From: an uncultured Bacteroidaceae bacterium
GTDB taxonomy: Bacteria; Bacteroidota; Bacteroidia; Bacteroidales; GCA-2748055
Length of the DNA stretch: 64,000 bases
Direction of reading: 5' to 3'
NCBI GenBank assembly: GCA_964426915.1
Contig: CAYRTD010000001.1
Coordinates: forward strand, 713 to 64,712
Shown here: piece after piece, positions 30,177 to 39,679 of the stretch
Layout: the number at the start of each line of letters is the position of its first letter
How positions within the stretch are numbered: the first letter of the stretch is position 1
Translations under genes and position numbers: made by a program
Notes under the pieces: model-generated
The model's database searches: none
Told to the model about the DNA's origin: nothing
The model's input: only the letters and a program-made list of their open reading frames with translations

Positions 30177-30471
30177 GGGTTTTCATATATCGTTTAAATG
30201 TATATGATTTTCCCGACCTTCCAAAGTATTTTCACTATCTACTTAATATATCCCTTACTCTCTTGATTTCAGGCTCCCTGATAATCCGTTATAATTAATT
30301 GAACTAATGAATATAGGATTAACCGGTTTATAATTGTCGATAGCAGAAATAACCTGAATACTTATCACAGAAAAACATCTGTTTACCTAAAGACAGGATA
30401 AATTTGTTGAATTTTACAATAATTATTGTGCATAATTAATTGTTACTTCATAAATTGCAAAAAACATTATC

Positions 30472-31035
30472 ATGAAAAAATTATACATATTCTTTCTTTT
30501 AGCTGCCTTTCTGGGACTCGGTTCCTGTGATTTATTAGACAACCTCATCCCGGATGTGGACACAACTTTCTCTAAAACATTTTTTATTGATATCGGTTCT
30601 CCATCAGGCGCGGAAGGTCCTGCACTGATCGATGTCAAAGACTCTGAAGATTATGAAGATTATGAAGAAAATATCAAGGGATTTGAAATTAACGATGTAA
30701 AATTTGAAATCTCAAATTATTTTGGTCCCGAGGATATGTATTTCAGAGCTACGATAAAGGCGGTTTCCCCTGGTGCTGATAATACAGTCACTGTCGGAAC
30801 CATTGAGAGTTTCCTTCTGAATGAATATGCTGATGATGGAATGGAACACAATGTGACTGAGGTTACAGAGGGTCTCGATCAAATTATCGAATGGCTTGAT
30901 GCCCCCGGTCAGTTTGAGCTTTATGTTACTTATGAACTAATTGACGAAATGGGTAATTTGTATGATACTCAGGGTAAGAATTATAGTTTGGACCTTAAGC
31001 TCATATATTATGTAACCGTTATAACAGGAGCATAA
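30472..31035 (+). CDS. Acidic lipoprotein, unknown function
   Basis: It has a lipobox ('FLGLGSCD'), is 187 aa long and is rich in Asp and Glu. Confidence 0.55.
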   Translation: MKKLYIFFLLAAFLGLGSCDLLDNLIPDVDTTFSKTFFIDIGSPSGAEGPALIDVKDSEDYEDYEENIKGFEINDVKFEISNYFGPEDMYFRATIKAVSPGADNTVTVGTIESFLLNEYADDGMEHNVTEVTEGLDQIIEWLDAPGQFELYVTYELIDEMGNLYDTQGKNYSLDLKLIYYVTVITGA

Positions 31036-31059
31036 TTATCCCGGAATTCATAAAAAAAA

Positions 31060-31093
31060 GAGGGTGTCTAAAAAGTATTTTTATGACACCCTC
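31060..31093. terminator. Bidirectional hairpin between convergent genes; minimal member of the 'GAGGnTGTCTAAAAAGTA' family
   Basis: 'aaaaaaaa-gagggtgtctaaaaa-gta-tttttatgacaccctc' has an A-run upstream. It lies between the stop codons at 31035 (+) and 31131 (-). Confidence 0.65.
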
Positions 31094-31130
31094 CTTCTCT
31101 GGATTCATTTTGGTCTACCAAAGTTTAGCT

Positions 31131-32588
31131 CTACTCCCAGCCGGGATTTTGTTTAAGTCCGGCTGAAATATCTGTTTCTCTCTGCGGGATCGCCATAATT
31201 GTTCGGTAATTATCATAATTTACAGGCTCATTACTGTAATCCGGGTTCACCAGACTTAGCTTATTTCTCCATACATCAAAACTCCTTTCCCCTTCTGCAA
31301 AAAGTTCTCTTCTTCTTTCATTCAGGATATCTTCAAGCGACACGGAGACGACATCAGTGTATCCTTCTATTCTCTCTTTTCTTAATGTGTTGATGTATTG
31401 TGCTGCAACACCGGGTTCATCGTTGTGAAGGGCTGCTTCGGCTGCGATGAGGTATACTTCAGCAACCCGGATAACCCTTGGGTTATTTACATAAAGACTA
31501 CCGAGTCGTCCGGGATATTTAACCGGGTAATAACCTTCTCCCTGACCATTGTCGTTTACTTTTAATTCATAGGCTTCATTACGGATGTCATCAGGACCAG
31601 ATTCCATGAAACTGACAAAAGATTCTGTTAAGCCAAATTCACCATATCCTTCAGGATCTGAATAATATCCTATGGAATTACGCTGGCCGTTATAATTTAG
31701 CGTGGTTATGAATTCGAGAAGATATTCAGGCTGGGCGGTTTGTGACCACATCCCTGGATATTCTTCTCTGCTGGCAAGCCTGTATCCTGCATCTTCCATC
31801 TGATTAATTGTTTCGATCGCAAGACTTTTTGCTTCGGGATAATTTCCCAGATACAATAGTACCTTTGCTTTTATCGCCTTTGCACTTATAACATTAAAAT
31901 AGCCGTATGATTCCTGTACGGTCGGATCATTTTTGAGCAATCTTATGGCTTCATCAAATTCATCGATAATAAAGTTATACGTTTCCTGCAAAGTTGCCCG
32001 GGTTGGACGGTAATCTACAGGGAATTTTGAATTTGCCAGGGGAATACCGCTGTTCTCTGAATTCATAGTTATCCCGCTATGTAATGCAGTGGGTATCTGG
32101 GCAAAAGTACGGGCAAGGTCAAAATGAAGGAGTCCTCTCATAGCATGCAGTTGTCCGATGAGATCATTATATGTACTTTCTTCTCCTTCTTTAATATTAA
32201 GATTGTCCACTACCGACAGGATATCGTTAATCCTTGCCAGGGAAACATAAGGCATCTTCCAGAATACATTAGCATACATGGAGTTCTTGTCATATCCGTA
32301 TCTTGCTACCGGTGATATCTGATTTTGGTTAAGGATAAAAGTCATGTCTCCCGATCGCAAATCGCCAAACGCAATATAATTTCCTGCGTAATAAGTGGCA
32401 TAATTGGGGAGATTGGGTTCAATAAGCTGAGTGTAAACGCCATTAACAGCATTTTGAAGGTCTGTAATGTTTTCAATTGCCTGGTCAGCAGGCAGTGAGG
32501 TAGAGGGGTAATTTTCGAGAAAATCCTCACAAGCAGTTCCTGAAAGTAACAGGAATGCAATAAATGAATATATTATATTTTTTTTCAT
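31131..32588 (-). CDS. susD: RagB/SusD-family nutrient-binding outer-membrane lipoprotein
   Basis: It has a lipobox ('LLSGTACED'), TPR-like SusD features and a C-terminal '...LKQNPGWE'. It lies immediately downstream of the SusC-like gene. Confidence 0.9.
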   Translation of the reverse strand: MKKNIIYSFIAFLLLSGTACEDFLENYPSTSLPADQAIENITDLQNAVNGVYTQLIEPNLPNYATYYAGNYIAFGDLRSGDMTFILNQNQISPVARYGYDKNSMYANVFWKMPYVSLARINDILSVVDNLNIKEGEESTYNDLIGQLHAMRGLLHFDLARTFAQIPTALHSGITMNSENSGIPLANSKFPVDYRPTRATLQETYNFIIDEFDEAIRLLKNDPTVQESYGYFNVISAKAIKAKVLLYLGNYPEAKSLAIETINQMEDAGYRLASREEYPGMWSQTAQPEYLLEFITTLNYNGQRNSIGYYSDPEGYGEFGLTESFVSFMESGPDDIRNEAYELKVNDNGQGEGYYPVKYPGRLGSLYVNNPRVIRVAEVYLIAAEAALHNDEPGVAAQYINTLRKERIEGYTDVVSVSLEDILNERRRELFAEGERSFDVWRNKLSLVNPDYSNEPVNYDNYRTIMAIPQRETDISAGLKQNPGWE

Positions 32589-32606
32589 ATTAATATTTTT
32601 TAATAG

Positions 32607-35600
32607 TTAAAAACCGAGGTTTACGCCAACAGTGATCATCCTTGCTGAAGGTGTATCAACAGTCCGGTAACCATTTAATGTGACTTCAGGATCTATATCT
32701 TTTTCTCTTGTCCACATCCAGAGGTTTGTTCCTTTGAGATAAACTTCAAGGTTATCCGCATACAGGCGATTACTCACAGATACTGGTAATGTATAGCCAA
32801 TCTTCAGTTCTTTCAGCCTTACATAATCTGTTGAAAGGATATGTCTTGTTGACCAGCTGTCGGGGCGATTGGGGTCGTATGCATTGGGCATGGGATTGTC
32901 CACTTCATCACCCGGTCTGGTCCAGTAATTGTTTTCAACATCTTTAGCCAGATTAAATACACCAACTCTCAAACCGTCATGATGTGAGAAATATCCGGGG
33001 TAATCAAACATATTCCCACCGAATGAATATGTGAACATGAGATTTACTTTTAAGCCTTTATATGAAAAGTTGTTGGTAAACCCACCCAGGATATCAGGAT
33101 AGGCTTTTTCAACTATTGATCTTCCTGCTTCAAAATAACTCCTGGTTCTGTTGTCCGGACTATCGGGGAGGTCAGGATTAATCTTGAAATATCCGTATCC
33201 GGTTTCAGGATCAACGCCAAGCCAGGTAGGAAGATAAAATGAATACATTTCTTCGCCTTCACGATAAATAAAAAGGTCTCCATCACCAGTAATAAGATCT
33301 TCATTATCGGGTAATTCCATAACAATAGATTTTTGATTAGCAAAGGTCAGATCGGTTCTCCAGGTAAACCCTGACGGAGAGGCGATATTCACACTATGAA
33401 ACTCAACTTCTAATCCGTTGTTTTTTATGCTTCCCACATTCTGCCAGGTAGATTCAAACCCTGTGAGGTAAGTAATCGGACGGTCAAGCAGTAAACCCTC
33501 GGTAAGTTTGTTGTAGTATTCCATAACAATTCCGAATCTGCCTACAAGGTTTATATCAAGTCCAATGTTCATGTTGTTACTTTTCTCCCATCCCAGAGAA
33601 ACATTTCCGGGCTGATCTACATAAATTGCCGGATCTTCTCCATAACCTCCGTCAAATGCATAGAGGGGTAAATGTTCGTACCAGAAAGGGGGCAGGTTTC
33701 CATTGGTTCCATACGAAAACCGCAACTTTCCATCTGTCAGTAAATTGCTGTTTTCAAGAAAAGATTCTTTTGAGAAGCGCCAGGAAGCTGATCCAGACCA
33801 GAATGTCGCCCAGCGATTATCAACGCCTAACCGCGAGGAACCATCTGTTCTAATGCTACCCGACAGATAATATCTGTCATCATAATTATAGGATACATTC
33901 GAGAAATAGGAGATAAGATTGCTGTTTGAGACATATGATGAAGCATCATCAGGCTGACCGTTTCCCAGCTCGGTTAATTTTTCATTTGAGTATTTGATTA
34001 CCTGGGAATAAATGAATTTCTCAGTTGTTGCAGATATTTCGGTTCCGGCAATTGCTGAGAGGTTGTGGTTTCCAAAGTCTTTTGTAAAGTTCAGAACATT
34101 GGAACTGGTAAGGTCTGTATTTGTATAAATCCGGTATTCACCTCTGCCATCGGTAGAGGCTCCGTCAATAGAATTCGGACCCCAGTATTCGAAATTTTCT
34201 GCCTGTACCCAGTCCAGACCAAGTGTAGATTTAAAAGACAGAAAATCCGTTATTTTTGCATCAATACCGCCGTTTGTTATACTCCGGCTTGTATTGGTCC
34301 TGACAAACCTGTCATCTCCCTTGAGTAGTTCTTCAGGATGCCCCCTGTAAGAAAAATGTGCACCCGGATATGTTTCCCCGTTTTCATCGTATTTCGGGGC
34401 AGTCGGATTGGCTGCAAAAAGGATACCCAGTGGCTGGGAATGTCCGATACCCTGGGCCTGGTCAGACTGGTCTCTGTAACCGTTATGCCGGGTATAGGAA
34501 AGCATCTGATTCAAATTAAGATCCAGCCAGTCAGTAGCCTTATTGCTGAGATTTAGTCGCCCTGAGTACCTTTTAAAATCAGAATTAGCTACTATGCCTT
34601 CTATATCACTATAACCACCTCCCAGGTAAAAACGGGTTTTGTCATTTCCTCCGGAAGCGGAAAGTTGATAATCTTTTTGTTGCCCCATTCTGTATATAAC
34701 ATCTCTCCAGTCGGTATTGACTGTTGAATCTATGGTGGAGCTCCAGGCCTCTTTATATGAGTTTATTTCAGGCCGGTAAGCAGCAAGGCTGTCTGCATTT
34801 CCATAGTTTGCGCCGCCGGGGAGCAAGCCATAAAAACCTTTAATATAATTTTCAATGGCGAGTTGTTCATATTGGTGGTATTCCGGCCCGGACATCATTT
34901 CAAAAGAGTTGGAGGCCATGGACGACCATCCGTGACTGGCTTTAAAATCAAATTTTGTTTCACCGGATTTACCCTGCTTCGTGGTGATGATAACAACGCC
35001 GTTTGCGGCTCTAGAGCCATAGAGTGAGGCTGCTGCGGCATCTTTAAGTATCGTGATATTCGAAATGTCGTCAGGATTGAGGGTTGAAAGAATATTTGAA
35101 TTTCTTCCGTAATGCCCAAAGTCTCCACTCATCATCGGGATGCCGTCTATCACATAGAGGGGAGAAGTAGACCCGTTAATGGAACCAATTCCGCGAATTT
35201 GTATTTCTCCTGAAGAACCTGGATCACCAGTGGTTGAGGTCACTCTTACCCCGGATACCTTTCCAGCAAGTGATTTGTCGATAGATTCCATACCTGGAAC
35301 CTGTAGTTCATCTCCATCAACAATTTGAGCTGAGCCTGTGAAATCAGCTCGTTTTATAGTGTTATAAGCAACAACCATAACTTCATCAAGCCCAACGGCA
35401 TCAAGTTCAAGGGCCACATCTATTTGTGTCCGGTCCCCAATCTCAACTTCTTTGGCTTTCATGCCGATAAAATTAAATACCAGAACATTGTAATTTTCTG
35501 GGACATCGATCGAATATTTACCATCAGGCCTTGAAATTGCTCCGATAGTTGTTCCTTTTACAGTTATCGTAGCACCAGGTAAAGGGGAATTATCTTGTGC

Positions 35601-35696
35601 CGTGCTTATCACCCCTGTGATTTCGCGCGACTGTGCCAGCAGAAATTGCAAACTGCATATGGACATAAATGCAATTAACAGAGTAAGTTTTTTCAT
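32607..35696 (-). CDS. susC: SusC/RagA-family TonB-dependent outer-membrane transporter
   Basis: A 1029-aa protein with an N-terminal carboxypeptidase-regulatory-like domain ('ITGVISTAQDNSPLPGATITVKGT'), a plug ('NITILKDAAAASLYGSRAANGVVIITTK') and a terminal barrel strand '...ITVGVNLGF'. Confidence 0.95.
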   Translation of the reverse strand: MKKLTLLIAFMSICSLQFLLAQSREITGVISTAQDNSPLPGATITVKGTTIGAISRPDGKYSIDVPENYNVLVFNFIGMKAKEVEIGDRTQIDVALELDAVGLDEVMVVAYNTIKRADFTGSAQIVDGDELQVPGMESIDKSLAGKVSGVRVTSTTGDPGSSGEIQIRGIGSINGSTSPLYVIDGIPMMSGDFGHYGRNSNILSTLNPDDISNITILKDAAAASLYGSRAANGVVIITTKQGKSGETKFDFKASHGWSSMASNSFEMMSGPEYHQYEQLAIENYIKGFYGLLPGGANYGNADSLAAYRPEINSYKEAWSSTIDSTVNTDWRDVIYRMGQQKDYQLSASGGNDKTRFYLGGGYSDIEGIVANSDFKRYSGRLNLSNKATDWLDLNLNQMLSYTRHNGYRDQSDQAQGIGHSQPLGILFAANPTAPKYDENGETYPGAHFSYRGHPEELLKGDDRFVRTNTSRSITNGGIDAKITDFLSFKSTLGLDWVQAENFEYWGPNSIDGASTDGRGEYRIYTNTDLTSSNVLNFTKDFGNHNLSAIAGTEISATTEKFIYSQVIKYSNEKLTELGNGQPDDASSYVSNSNLISYFSNVSYNYDDRYYLSGSIRTDGSSRLGVDNRWATFWSGSASWRFSKESFLENSNLLTDGKLRFSYGTNGNLPPFWYEHLPLYAFDGGYGEDPAIYVDQPGNVSLGWEKSNNMNIGLDINLVGRFGIVMEYYNKLTEGLLLDRPITYLTGFESTWQNVGSIKNNGLEVEFHSVNIASPSGFTWRTDLTFANQKSIVMELPDNEDLITGDGDLFIYREGEEMYSFYLPTWLGVDPETGYGYFKINPDLPDSPDNRTRSYFEAGRSIVEKAYPDILGGFTNNFSYKGLKVNLMFTYSFGGNMFDYPGYFSHHDGLRVGVFNLAKDVENNYWTRPGDEVDNPMPNAYDPNRPDSWSTRHILSTDYVRLKELKIGYTLPVSVSNRLYADNLEVYLKGTNLWMWTREKDIDPEVTLNGYRTVDTPSARMITVGVNLGF

Positions 35697-36113
35697 AGGT
35701 AAGTTTTTGATTAATAAATGAATTGGTTTTTTACATTTTCTCTGCTATTCAGTATTAACCTTTATTTTTTTTTATAAATGTTAACAGTGACAGCAAAGGA
35801 TACGGCTAAAAGTATTACAATAGATTTTTAGATCATTCTTTATTCAGTGAACAGCACTGATCACCATGTATAAAGCCGAATCATTTATTATTAATGCTTT
35901 TACCGACCCGGGACTGTAGTAGGATGACCGAATGCTGTCGTTTACCTGACAAAAAGTGTTGTTGACCATTATCAGAATATTAGAACTGAATTGTAATGAC
36001 TAGTTCATGAAAATACCGAGTCTGTCCAGACGGTTAAGCAACTACCAACGACAGAACGTAGTAATCTCACCTATATGATACTGTAAAGGACTCATATAAT
36101 GCAAATTGTTCGT

Positions 36114-36180
36114 AAAACACTAAAACAACCGATGTTTTAGTGTTTTAATTCAAAAAAAAAGCCGTCTCACGACGGCTTTT
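36114..36180. terminator. Tandem orphan hairpins in a 1.1-kb non-coding region (13-bp perfect stem, then an A-run/GC-stem/T-run terminator)
   Basis: 'aaaacactaaaac-aaccgat-gttttagtgtttt' spans 36114-36146. 'aaaaaaaaagccgtc-tcac-gacggctttt' spans 36152-36180. No ORF of 60 aa or more ends nearby on either strand. Confidence 0.55.
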
Positions 36181-36790
36181 CCCTTTGCTTTATACTATCA
36201 ATATTCTCATATTAACTATTTATAAACCTAAAAAATCTATGAAAAAAACAAGGATAGATTTAAAAACAAAGAATTAAAAAGATTTCTAGTTGCGCAGTAA
36301 AAATAGATTTTTGTCCTGTTGCCTGAAAATTTAATCAGCAAACGGAAGCTTAAAGTCAGTAAACAACATTAAGACTTTGAACATACTTATTAATTACTCT
36401 ATTTTAACTGGCTCCGGCAACACGTGGATAGTGGTTGCGAAGTTCGTAAACTTAGTTTCTCGGAGTTCATCTCCGAATTTTAGAGTTCATAGTTTACTTT
36501 GGGGTGTAATACCATTTTTTCCAAAGACTGCTGGACTCCAGGAAATGTTCCCTTCAAAAATATTTTAAGTGCGAAACTTTATTTATTAATTATTTGAAAT
36601 GATAGGATGATGACTGCATATTACTGCTTTCACTTACTGATGAGAAACTGTATTTCGCAGATGAGAAGCATTCATTCACTGAATTGATGAGGATATTTAT
36701 CATTTTTTGTTTAATTTCAGACAATTAACCTTCCTTGTTTATATTTGCAGATAAATAGTAACATCTCAGCAAGTTACTTCTGTTAACCAA

Positions 36791-37828
36791 ATGATTAAAA
36801 ACCTGAAAAATATCCATCTGGAACGGATCCTGAAGCACTTTATATTCTGGTTTATTTTTTTTACCGTATTATTTCTCTTGTCCGGAACTCAGCATTTGAA
36901 CAATAATTTTTGGGAAGTCGATCTGCCGCTAATTTTGGTATACATTTACATCTCAGTTTACCTGATCATCCCATTTTTTATAGAAAAAAGATCTTATTCT
37001 TTTCTGGTACTCAGCATCATTCTTTTCACCCTTGTACTTTCATATTTCAGATTGAGGAATTATGATTTTATCTATTACTCCATATTTGCACCTGAATTAC
37101 AAAAAAACGGGACCGAAGTAAAATTTTCTCAACTATTATTAAATGCTAAAGATTTCTCATTTGCTTTATTTGTTTTTATGGCATTCAAATATACAAGGAG
37201 CTGGTTGAAATACGAAAAGGATAAAGTTGAAATAGTGAATAACCAACTCCAGTCCGAAATCCGGCTAATGAAAACTCAGATTGATCCACACTTTTTGTTC
37301 AATACGCTCAATAATATTTATTCGCTTTCTGTTACCTACCCGCCGAATACCCGCAATGCGGTTAAAAAATTATGGGGGTTACTCGATTTTCTGATTAATG
37401 ATACAGATCATGAAGAAGTTCTGATAGAAAAAGAATTGAAACTGATTTCTGATTATATTGAATTAGAGAAACTGCGATATGGAGAGAGATTAATTTTTGA
37501 ATTCCATGTCGATGATAAACTTAAGGACTACAGGATCCCTCCTCTTATTATGTATCCTTTTATAGAAAATTGTTTTAAACATGGCAGTTCACTTGATCCC
37601 GGAAACCCCTGGATCAGAATTCGTATTATTGAAATGGATGATCGTATAAGATTTACTGCAAGAAACAGCAGAAAAGATGAAAATGATGATATGCGACAAG
37701 AAATGGAAATAAGCAACTCTATAGAAGGGGTAAGAAAGAGACTGGAATACTTTCTTCCGGGAAGACATAAATTAAAAATAAGTATTAAAGCTGATGAATA
37801 TTCAGTTCAGCTTGATATAATAACCTGA
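36791..37828 (+). CDS. LytS-type sensor histidine kinase (His_kinase + HATPase)
   Basis: It has N-terminal TM helices, the H-box 'QIDPHFLFNTLNNIYSL' and the N-box 'YPFIENCFKHG'. Confidence 0.85.
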   Translation: MIKNLKNIHLERILKHFIFWFIFFTVLFLLSGTQHLNNNFWEVDLPLILVYIYISVYLIIPFFIEKRSYSFLVLSIILFTLVLSYFRLRNYDFIYYSIFAPELQKNGTEVKFSQLLLNAKDFSFALFVFMAFKYTRSWLKYEKDKVEIVNNQLQSEIRLMKTQIDPHFLFNTLNNIYSLSVTYPPNTRNAVKKLWGLLDFLINDTDHEEVLIEKELKLISDYIELEKLRYGERLIFEFHVDDKLKDYRIPPLIMYPFIENCFKHGSSLDPGNPWIRIRIIEMDDRIRFTARNSRKDENDDMRQEMEISNSIEGVRKRLEYFLPGRHKLKISIKADEYSVQLDIIT

Positions 37829-38889
37829 TGCAGGATACAAAAAATGAAATAGAAAAACTGCTTGGCAGGAGATACCTGAGGCATATTTTTTTTTGGACAG
37901 CTTATGTACTGACTCTTACCTATATTCATGGACTCGGAGTAAACGAAGGGAGATATTTTCCATGGTTCATGAATTATTTATTAGAACTCCCCGTTATATT
38001 GGGTTTGTCATATTCTATTGTTTACTGGATCATCCCCAGGTTTTTACTCGCACGAAAGTTTTTGATCAGCTTCTTGCTGATAATTATGCTTTTTGTTATT
38101 TTTTCTATTTTGAATATTATCCTGGATAATTTGATCATCCTGCCACTCTTTTTTAGATCAGACGCAGGGGAATATGAAATCTCAGCTATTTTCCGCAATG
38201 CTTTTGGTCTGGCATTTCCGGTAGTGGTCTTCCTGAGTCTTAGCCTAATAAAATTCAATGCCGGAAAAAAACGACGGAAAAACCTTTCTGAGCAAAACGC
38301 ATTGAGATCAGAGTTGAATTTTATGCGGAGCCGTATACATCCCTTATTTCTCAGGGATGCTCTTGACGATATTTACAGAATGTCTAATGAAAATTTCGTC
38401 GATCTTCCGGAAATGATATTGAAAGTTTCCGATTTGTTACACTACTTTCTCTATGATTGTGACAGGGAAAGAGTGCTATTAAGAAAAGAAGAACAGGCCA
38501 TAAGGATCTTTATGGGATTCGCGAAACTTGCATATAAAGATAATTTCAATTATGATATTCAGATACGAGGAGATTTAGAGAACACAAAGATTTCTCCCTA
38601 TATTATATTTCCGCTTGTCCATTCTGTTTGCCGTTTTAATACTGATTTTGATCAGAACCCTGGAAAGGTGTTTATACAAATTGATATTTCAGAAGAAGTG
38701 CTTTCTTTTTCTGCAAGCCAAAAGCTATATCCTGGAAATCAGCCGGGTAACTACGAGTATAAGTGGAATGAAGAGATAAATATGTCCAGGAAACGATTGG
38801 ATCTGATCTACACCTGGAAATATAAACTTGACGTTATAGAAACGGAACGAAAATTGATAATAAATTTGACACTGGACTTATCAGAATAA
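37828..38889 (+). CDS. LytS-like paralogue with degenerate catalytic motifs (probable pseudokinase)
   Basis: The architecture matches the upstream gene, but the H-box is 'RIHPLFLRDALDDIYRM' (His to Leu at the aligned position) and the N-box is 'FPLVHSVCRFN' (E-N to H-S). Its ATG overlaps the upstream TGA by 1 nt (ctgATGc). Confidence 0.7.
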   Translation: MQDTKNEIEKLLGRRYLRHIFFWTAYVLTLTYIHGLGVNEGRYFPWFMNYLLELPVILGLSYSIVYWIIPRFLLARKFLISFLLIIMLFVIFSILNIILDNLIILPLFFRSDAGEYEISAIFRNAFGLAFPVVVFLSLSLIKFNAGKKRRKNLSEQNALRSELNFMRSRIHPLFLRDALDDIYRMSNENFVDLPEMILKVSDLLHYFLYDCDRERVLLRKEEQAIRIFMGFAKLAYKDNFNYDIQIRGDLENTKISPYIIFPLVHSVCRFNTDFDQNPGKVFIQIDISEEVLSFSASQKLYPGNQPGNYEYKWNEEINMSRKRLDLIYTWKYKLDVIETERKLIINLTLDLSE

Positions 38890-38903
38890 TTTAATAACTG
38901 AAT

Positions 38904-39626
38904 ATGAAAACCCGATGCTTAATTGTTGATGATGAACCTCTTGCCATAAAATTAATAGAGTCCCATATTCAAAAGCTTGAAAATATTGAGGTTATCGGTT
39001 CATGCACTAATGCCATGGCAGCATTAGATCTGTTACGAGAGAAAAAAGTTGATCTTCTTTTCCTGGACATTCAAATGCCCCAGATCACCGGTATTGAATT
39101 CCTAAAAACACTTAAGAAGGCACCTAAAGTTATTATTACAACTGCCTACCGGGAATATGCTCTTGAAGGATATGAGCTGGATGTTATCGATTATTTGTTA
39201 AAGCCGATATCCTTTGACCGTTTTTTAAAAGCGGTAAATAAGTATTATCACTACTCAGCCAGGGATATGGAGGTTGTTATGCCACCTTCAGAAACGGTTC
39301 ACAGAGAAAGCTCTTACATGGATGTTAAGGAAAATAAAAAAACCGTCCGTATAAAACTAAAGGATATCAGTTATATTGAAGGACTAAATGAATATATTGG
39401 TATTCATGCAGGGAACAAAAGGATTGTTATAAAGAATAGTTTGACAAGGATTGAAGATAAACTGCCTTCCGATCAGTTTATTCGAATACATAAGTCTTTT
39501 ATTGTGCAGCTTTCAAGGATACATGCATTTTCATCAACAACAGTGGAAGTTGATAATAAAGAACTTCCAATAGGCAGAAGCTATAAAAATAGTGTACATA
39601 AAACTCTGAATTTTTCCGGTGAATAG
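38904..39626 (+). CDS. LytR/AlgR-family response regulator (receiver + LytTR DNA-binding domain)
   Basis: It has 'CLIVDDEPLA', 'LLFLDIQMPQITG' and a C-terminal LytTR-like 'IRIHKSFIV'. Confidence 0.92.
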   Translation: MKTRCLIVDDEPLAIKLIESHIQKLENIEVIGSCTNAMAALDLLREKKVDLLFLDIQMPQITGIEFLKTLKKAPKVIITTAYREYALEGYELDVIDYLLKPISFDRFLKAVNKYYHYSARDMEVVMPPSETVHRESSYMDVKENKKTVRIKLKDISYIEGLNEYIGIHAGNKRIVIKNSLTRIEDKLPSDQFIRIHKSFIVQLSRIHAFSSTTVEVDNKELPIGRSYKNSVHKTLNFSGE

Positions 39627-39679
39627 TAATAATCTTTTACTTCAATGAAAACCCCATCTTTAGAACTTCAAATTACTTT

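Noticed and set aside
36377-36568. A 63-aa ORF in the large non-coding region.
   Set aside because: It starts with a non-ATG codon in the track and covers sequence similar to repeat copy C ('ggttgcgaagttcg...'). It has no domain signal.
36568-36579. An identical 12-mer 'agtgcgaaactt' occurs upstream of two plus-strand genes (36568-36579 and 56268-56279), each about 185-210 nt from the start codon.
   Set aside because: In a 64-kb window, on the order of a hundred identical 12-mer pairs are expected by chance. Nothing beyond the 12-mer aligns.
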